From Nemertoderma westbladi (taxonomy: Eukaryota > Animalia > Xenacoelomorpha): a stretch of 64,000 bases of DNA. The position numbers and the translations under genes were made by a program. The stretch lies in assembly GCA_032718475.1 (NCBI GenBank), contig JAUCBJ010000064.1, forward strand, positions 1 through 64,000, read 5' to 3'. The stretch's first letter is position 1. Each line of letters starts with the position of its first letter. The notes below the pieces were generated by a model. That model was given only the letters and a program-made list of their open reading frames with translations. It was not told the origin of the DNA and did not search any database. Shown in pieces: positions 57,671-64,000 of this stretch.

Positions 57671-59811
57671 GGGTTGGCTCAACCCCGCCACCTCCGGCCT
57701 ACTAACTATACGGCCCACCAGGCCCTCACCTGCTGGGTTGTACTGTACACGCCCGACGTGTTCACGTTAATAGCACCCATATTGGAAACGGGATTACTCT
57801 GTTCGTTCAAAGTAAAATCATTTGAATTATCTTGCGCAACTACACTATCTGAATTATTTTGTAGATTCGGGCTTGGATCATTATTTAAATTATTTGGATT
57901 ATTTTGCGTAATTGCATTACTTAAATTATTTTGTAAGTTCGAATCCGGGTTATTATTTTGATTATTTTGATTATTTTATGTAACTACATTAATATTAGAA
58001 TTATTTTCTACATTAATATTAGGATTGTTCTGATTTAAATTTAAATTACTACCACTAGGCAAAGTATTTCCTGCAATAAAGGTTTGATTAGGATTATCCA
58101 ATATGGTACTATTAATATTAACCACGTCTACTGTACCATTATTATTACCCCCCCCCCCCCCCCCCCCCCCGCCCGTAAGGTCACACCAGTTTCGTGTCTG
58201 TCGTGCGGTCCCTGTGAGTGGAGTATTAATAAACGTATCAACAGCCCTCGGCTCCTCGAAAATATTCGAGCCTGCCCCGCTCTCAGATGCCCCTACCCGC
58301 GCCAGTCCCACCTCGCGCGTGTGTACAGCTTCATACTCTACGAGTTTGTCTCGCTGTTTCTCCAATTCTTTTCGCTCACGCTCCACTCTTGCTATTTTAT
58401 CCATAGCCTCCCGTTCGCTCTGCTCGGCCAATTCCATCTCTCTCCTAATCCCCTCCCTTCGCCTCGCCTCACGCTCTCTGCGTTCACTTCCCTCCCTCGC
58501 CTCACGTTTCTCGCGTTCCGCCTCACGTTCCTTTCGTTCACTTTCCCACTTCGCCTCACGTTTCTCGCGTTCCGCCTCACGTTCCTTTCGTTCACTTTTC
58601 TCTCTCGCCACACGCTCCTCTTGTTCCTTCAACTCTATTTCATCATACTCCCTAAGGCTCCTCACGGCCCTTTCGGCCCTCTCTCTTGTCTCTCTAATCG
58701 ACACCATTTCCCTCTCTAGCAGCACTCTCCCCTCCTCTAGCCGTCTACCTACTTCTCTATTACCTTGCACTGCTAGATTGAGACGGTACCTAGCGTCTAT
58801 CTCTCTCACCCGTATTTCTTTCGTGGAGGATGTAGCAGACTTATCGGTTGTGACGGATTCCCTCCGCCTTCCCGATCTACTAACTTTCCCCCTCCTCCCG
58901 GAACTCCCTCCAACCGACGAGACCGAATCCGCAGGGTCAACCTCGGATTCGCCCTCCTCAGGTCTGTTCCAACCCACTAATTTTATACCCCGGGCATCGA
59001 TTAAGTATGGTCCTATGTACACTACACTAGGTTGTATACCCCCGTGCCGCCATGAGTCATACAGTTCCTCAGCAACCCTTGTCGCTCTCTCCTCGGCCAA
59101 TTCTCTCTGCCCGAAGCGCATTAGATAATATAGATGTCTGTCCGACTTACCTAGTCCTGACTTTAGTTTTACCTCGTCTATCGTTTTCCCCTTTCTGGCC
59201 TCCTCTAGTAGTCTCCGGGTCGCGTTGTAGGCCCGTCGAAGTTGATCGGAGACCCCGACGTCCTCGTCGCCGACCCCTCCTCCGTCTCTCCTGGTTCGAC
59301 GTCGTACCGGCGGCCCCACCGTCGCCGTTCCGGTGGGCCGTCCGTCGCCCTCGGCCTGTGCCTGGCCGGCGACATCGGTATTGACATCTCCGTCGTCTCT
59401 CCGGGTCCGGCGTCGTACCGTCGGCCCCACCGTCACCGTCACGGTGGGCCGTTTGTCGCTCTCGGCCTGTGGCTGGCCCGCGACATCGGCACGTCGACCC
59501 TCGTTCCGTGTCGACTCGTCTCTTTCTCCCTCGAGCTCTTTCTCTCTATCCTCCGACTCGACTCCCCCTCCTCTCGACTCGGCTTCTGACTCCAGACGGT
59601 CCCCCTCATCTTGAACTTCCGGGTCACCCATTACCGATGGCTCCGGCGTCGTGGGCCTATACCGCCTGGTCGCGGCCTCGCGGATCGTTTGTTCTTCGTC
59701 CGGGGTCCGCGTCGGTGTTGTCTCTCCCGACTGACTCATCTCTCTTCTGTAGATTGGTGGTTGGTGGTTGCTGAGTTTAGCTAGCTAGGGCGGCAGCTCT
59801 GATTTAATTAC

Positions 59812-60379
59812 TGTGACGGGATCCAGGAAGGATCCCGGTTTATCCGGTTGTTTAGTTCACGCGTCCCCGCCGTGTGTATGAAAGGTAAAAGGAGTTCCTG
59901 TCGTTCGTCGTATATAATAATCGGTTGTACGGATATATAGATATAGGGTATATAGATATAGGCATATGAATAATGTTGTCGTATACGGAAGGCGGGTTAC
60001 GGTAATTAAAGTCCCGGTCCTTCCCTAGCTAAACTAACTAACCTAACTAGCACCAATAAGATACTGAGATAACTGAACTGATATGATTACTGCCAACTGG
60101 CTATATTGCACGGGTTGGCCTTGTTACTCTACCTGATCGATGCTTCCCCCCCCCCCCCCCCTCTGATTGGTTGATACCCTTGTTGGCGCCCTTTGGAGTG
60201 TTCCCGTTCACCCCAGCTATTCTCTCTCGGTTAGGGGTTTGGCCCCTGACCCTTATTGTTTGTTCCTCCTTCCCATTTTGTTGGGGTGACACGAGTTGGT
60301 GATTGCCCAACCTCGTGGCCCCCAATATTGCTTATCGGCTTAACTTTATGGGGTGTTAGCGGGATTGAATAAGCTAACA
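59812..60379 (-). repeat. 5' LTR of element B (568 bp)
   Basis: Direct repeat of 45864-46421. On the minus strand AATATAG is followed ~26-31 nt later by TCAGTT initiator-like motifs. Confidence 0.95.
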
Positions 60380-61597
60380 CTTGTCGTAGTTCTGCTAATG
60401 TTTCCGATTCTCGACCATTAATCATCCGATTCCTTGGACATGGAGCGGCAACTTTTGCTTTAAAGAACAAGAAGAAGTTAAACAATCCGGCTTACCTTAC
60501 CGAGCATCTAACCACGCGTCGGTTCAACCTTCTTAATCTTAATGAGGCTCGGGAGCTAAAAAAATCGCAATGTAATCCATTCTGCCTTTACGATTAACGG
60601 GAACATCCTCATCAAAGTTTCGGATTCCAGTCGCACTAAAAAGGTAAATAACAAAACAGAGTTGGAGCGGTTGGTTCAGGGTTCAGGTAGAGCTGTTCCT
60701 GTGTCCATTCCGCGGTCGACTCCCTCAGGCTCCCCTTGGCAGAGTGTTGGTCGCGGCCCCTCTGTCTCACCAGCTCTCTCCGATCCAAATCAATCCGGGA
60801 ACGGCTCCCAGATCTCAACAATCACCACCCCACTCGGTAGCGACACTGCTCCACTGGTTAACTCAGGGTTCTTCACTCCCATCAATAACCTGTGATATGT
60901 ACCAAGATTGCAAGATATGTACTCATGTGGTTAGTTTAGCTGGTAATCAACCAGTTTTGTTTGTGTTACGGTAACTAATTAGCCATATGGTTCCAGGCTT
61001 TGTCACTTATCTCCTGTTTAGAAATCTTATCTTTGAAAACATATCACTTATCTCCTTTCACCTTATCACCTATCTCCTTTATTGTCACTTATCTCCTGTT
61101 TAGAAATCTTATCTTTGAAAACATAAAACTCTTTTTTTAGGCTTAATGATGGAAACGCTCCCAATTTATTAATTTTTTTTTCTTTTTATTACATAATTAT
61201 TATAGCTCGACTTCTATGATTATCAGTTTAATGTAATAACTAAAATTTAAATTATATACCCTACCGGTACTTAAGCTAGTAAGTCTAACAGTCTGGGATT
61301 TTCATATGTGTACATGATCCATATACACCTACTTTCGTAAATGGTTTTGAATTGATCTGAATTGATGGTTTTGAAAATGGTGCATAAAAATACATACTGC
61401 ACAATACTGCATAATATAAATAAATCACAATTTACCGGTAATTTATTTTACATTGTCTTATGTAAATCCGGAAATCAGTAAATTAATGGACGGCAGGATA
61501 ATACATGTTTAAAGTCATATAATATAATTGACTTGCCTAGGTAGCATAAATGGTCTAACTCTGTACAGTAGTTTACAATAAATCACGTGTATATTAA

Positions 61598-63177
61598 CCC
61601 TATTAAACCCGGGGGGGGGTCAATATGACCCCTCCCGTGGTTTTTTTATTATAATTCTGAAACAAACGCAGTTGGGAATCTGAAATTTTATGACTTTTCC
61701 TAAAAATCTATTGTCTTCCTAATAGTGAAAACCGTTTTCAAAAATATTGGGTACTTTTCGAGTTATAGCACCATTTTTTAACCCTACTTTTGGCACTTTT
61801 TTTGAGACGTTTTTTGAAAATTACATTTCATTAAATATGAATTGTAACATCTCTATTTTTGATTTACACCGGTTTTTTGGTGTTAGAAATTTGATGGAAT
61901 TCATATAAATTGATTTAGAAATTTCAAACTTGTTTTTTTCGGTGTGTGCCAAATTTTGGTGCCAGCACCAAATTTTGAATTATGTCAATTTTGTAAATTG
62001 ATTGTTTGAAACTTGTTTTTTACGCAATTGGGGTTTTTTGGGGTTCTGGATTCGATGAAATATATACGAGTTGCACCAAGCGTATCAAACTTGTATTTTT
62101 CGGTGCTGTGTGCAAATTTTGGTGCTAGCACGAAATTTTGAAAATTCATTCGATAGATAAAATTGCTTGTGACAATTTATTTCCTCCTTTTTAGAGGTTT
62201 ATGTCTGTTCTGAATTCAATGGAATAAATAATTATCGAACTAGACATCTCAAACTTATATTTTTCGGATGTGGGTGCAAAATGTGGTGCTAGCACCAAAT
62301 TTTGAAAACCATCAAATATATCAATTCATAGTGTCACCTTGTTTCTTGCGTTATACGGGTTTGTGATGGTTCTGAATTCAATGGAATCAGTAAAAATTTC
62401 ATAAGAGTTCTCAAACTGGTATTTTTCGCCAGTGGGTGAAAATTGTTGTGCCAGCACCAAATTTTGGAAAATATGCAAATTTATCAGTGGATAGTATCAC
62501 CTTGTTTCTTGCGTTATACGGGTTTATGAGGGTTCTGAATCCGATGGAATCCATAAAAACAGCACTGGACATCGCAAACTTGTACTTTTTGGTGATGGGT
62601 ACGAAATTTGGTGCTAGCACCAAAATTTGCCAAATTACGCCGAAAAATACAAGAATCAATGATCTGGCATATTAGAAATGTATTCCATTAGAATCAGCGC
62701 TCTCGAAAACCTGAAAATGTGAATTTATAGCATCGTATAAGTGAATTAAAAATTTTGTGTTCTACCTGAAAAGTGCTGGTTACTTGTTTTTTTCATTTTT
62801 TTCCTACGAAGAGAGGACTAAACGGCCATTTATAGTAATCATATCATTTTTAAATATTTTCTAATGTATTTTGCACCCCAGAAAACCTGTATTGAAAAAT
62901 AATTAGCCGAAAATGTAACTTTCAAATTTTGTGAAAATTGTGCAATACTTGTAATTTTGGTGCTGCAATAGGTTCTATTGCAGCACCAAAATTACATTTA
63001 CAAATTACATTACATTTTTTCGAAAATTTTTTTTTTCGGTCGGATCCAGACAAGTGATACCTACGTACAAACAAAAAATCAGACGTTTTCGTAAATATTT
63101 GTAGATTTTAGAGGGGGGGGTCAATATGACCCCCTCCCGGTATTTGTACAGCATTTTATAGCCCGGTACTAATAGGG
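61598..63177 (+). mobile_element. Complete piggyBac-like non-autonomous DNA transposon (1580 bp)
   Basis: TTAA|CCCTATTA... and ...TAATAGGG|TTAA; subterminal GGGGTCAATATGACCCC at both ends; internal ~160-bp repeats; no transposase. Confidence 0.85.
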
Positions 63178-63420
63178 TTAATACATTGATACATTAAACT
63201 TGAAATTAAATTACATTTACAGTTTGAAATATATCAGTTACGTAGCTACAGTGTAAAAAGTAGTATCACATATGTACAGTAAAAATTATCTAACTGGTAC
63301 AATAAACTATAAATACCATATAAAATAAATAATTATGAAGTTTAATAAAATACAATGTTTATTATGTTAATTAATAATCATAATCGAAGTTATGGTGATC
63401 CCAGGAGGATATCTTAATTT

Positions 63421-63672
63421 GAGACAAAATAAGATAAGTAGTGCGATTTGAAAGAACATAATTATTGTTTAAATCCGGAACGTTTCGTATATTACGTTAT
63501 ACATCATCAGCCATAATACTAATAATATTAATTTTAGGTTTTTTCATATAATTATAGTTATTTTGTACCTACAGTATTATGGCTGATGATGTATAACGTA
63601 ATATACGAAACGTTCCGGATTTAAACAATAATTATGTTCTTTCAAATCGCACTACTTATCTTATTTTGTCTC
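63421..63672. mobile_element. Foldback/MITE-like element with perfect 100-bp inverted arms
   Basis: 63421-63520 is the exact reverse complement of 63573-63672; 52-bp AT-rich spacer; GAG...CTC ends; no clear TSD. Confidence 0.75.
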
Positions 63673-63871
63673 TAATAATCATAATAAATGTATTCATTGG
63701 TACTTGTAGTACATAGATTAGATTATATACTGATGCTTGAAGTTAATAATGCTGTGCAGTTAGTACTGTACTGACTACATTTTATCTTTTAAACTATCTT
63801 CGCCTTGGTTAGTGCCTCGTCATTTTCTCCCAGACAAATTAAACAGTCTGTCAATTGTACTATCATTTTAG

Positions 63872-64000
63872 CCAACCCCTGTCAGTTGCCATCTCTTGTG
63901 GATGATGGGTGCGGGCTTTGCTATACCCGTATTTGCCTCCGCGAGGCCCACTTTCACTGCCCACTCTGTGGTTTATCCTTTCATTTTCAATGTGGCTCCC
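63872..64000 (+). other. Partial PHD-finger-like coding sequence, truncated by the window end
   Basis: Frame reads CGLC-x12-CPLC-x4-H-x2-C; preceded by TCATTTTAG, a possible acceptor. Could be a host exon or a LINE-associated PHD. Confidence 0.45.

Larger units (their letters stand above)
50985..59739 (-). pseudogene. gag-pol: Disrupted gag-pol of element B
   Basis: Gag 57976-59739 and FKFDGSRPEEY; protease LVDSGA; RT YLPLH..KLRMVVDAS, DIEGMFNQV, FYVDD; RNase H LHMFSDAS, PKLEL, WTDS, NPADLLSRG; integrase HHCC, VDMFGP, SDNGTNF, ERLV; DUF5641-like WRRWVEEYL. Stops at 57976 and 53652, several frameshifts, and a 128-bp insertion. Confidence 0.92.
45864..60379 (-). mobile_element. BEL/Pao LTR retrotransposon B (14.5 kb) with an extra 3' ORF
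   Basis: TGT...ACA LTRs at 45864-46421 and 59812-60379; TSD CTCGT/CTTGT (4 of 5); minus-strand PPT GGGGAGGAG at 46422-46430; domain order Gag-PR-RT-RH-IN. Confidence 0.95.
45471..60895 (+). pseudogene. LINE (CR1/L2-type) ORF1 split by element B: 45471-45863 + 60385-60895
   Basis: Coiled coil plus DDLDQYQRRHNVLIHGVPES before the insertion; in frame after it RPLIIRF..KKKL..YLTEHLTTRRFNLL..ARELK, then (after a frameshift) FTINGNILIK. Confidence 0.8.

Noticed and set aside
47188-59774. Many plus-strand ORFs across element B (e.g. 58103-59128, 51130-51849, 47532-48290)
   Set aside because: Antisense shadows of purine-biased coding sequence with no recognisable domains.

Overview
Eukaryotic (metazoan, probably invertebrate) AT-rich, transposon-dominated DNA with no prokaryotic features. 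It holds two full-length BEL/Pao LTR retrotransposons. Element A (9513-21633, +) has near-identical 1226-bp LTRs and a GTAGT target-site duplication, and encodes one intact Gag-protease ORF lacking RT and integrase. Element B (45864-60379, -) has ~560-bp LTRs and a broken gag-pol. Downstream of a 36-bp tandem array, element B carries an intact extra ORF in the env position encoding a DEDDy/RNase D-type 3'-5' exonuclease-like domain plus three CCHC zinc knuckles. Neither element has a tRNA-type (TGG) primer-binding site; instead, the bases right after each 5' LTR are complementary to a segment inside the element's own LTR, suggesting self-priming. Other content: a two-exon secreted Ly6/three-finger protein gene (7939-8774); a ~17-kb block of near-identical duplications amplifying two GLIS1/3-type zinc-finger exons; degenerate CRE-, RTE-, RTE-X- and CR1-like LINEs; tRNA-derived SINE copies; a non-autonomous Helitron; piggyBac-like and TA-flanked MITEs; and minisatellites. 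All family calls come from motif recognition by eye; no searches were run.
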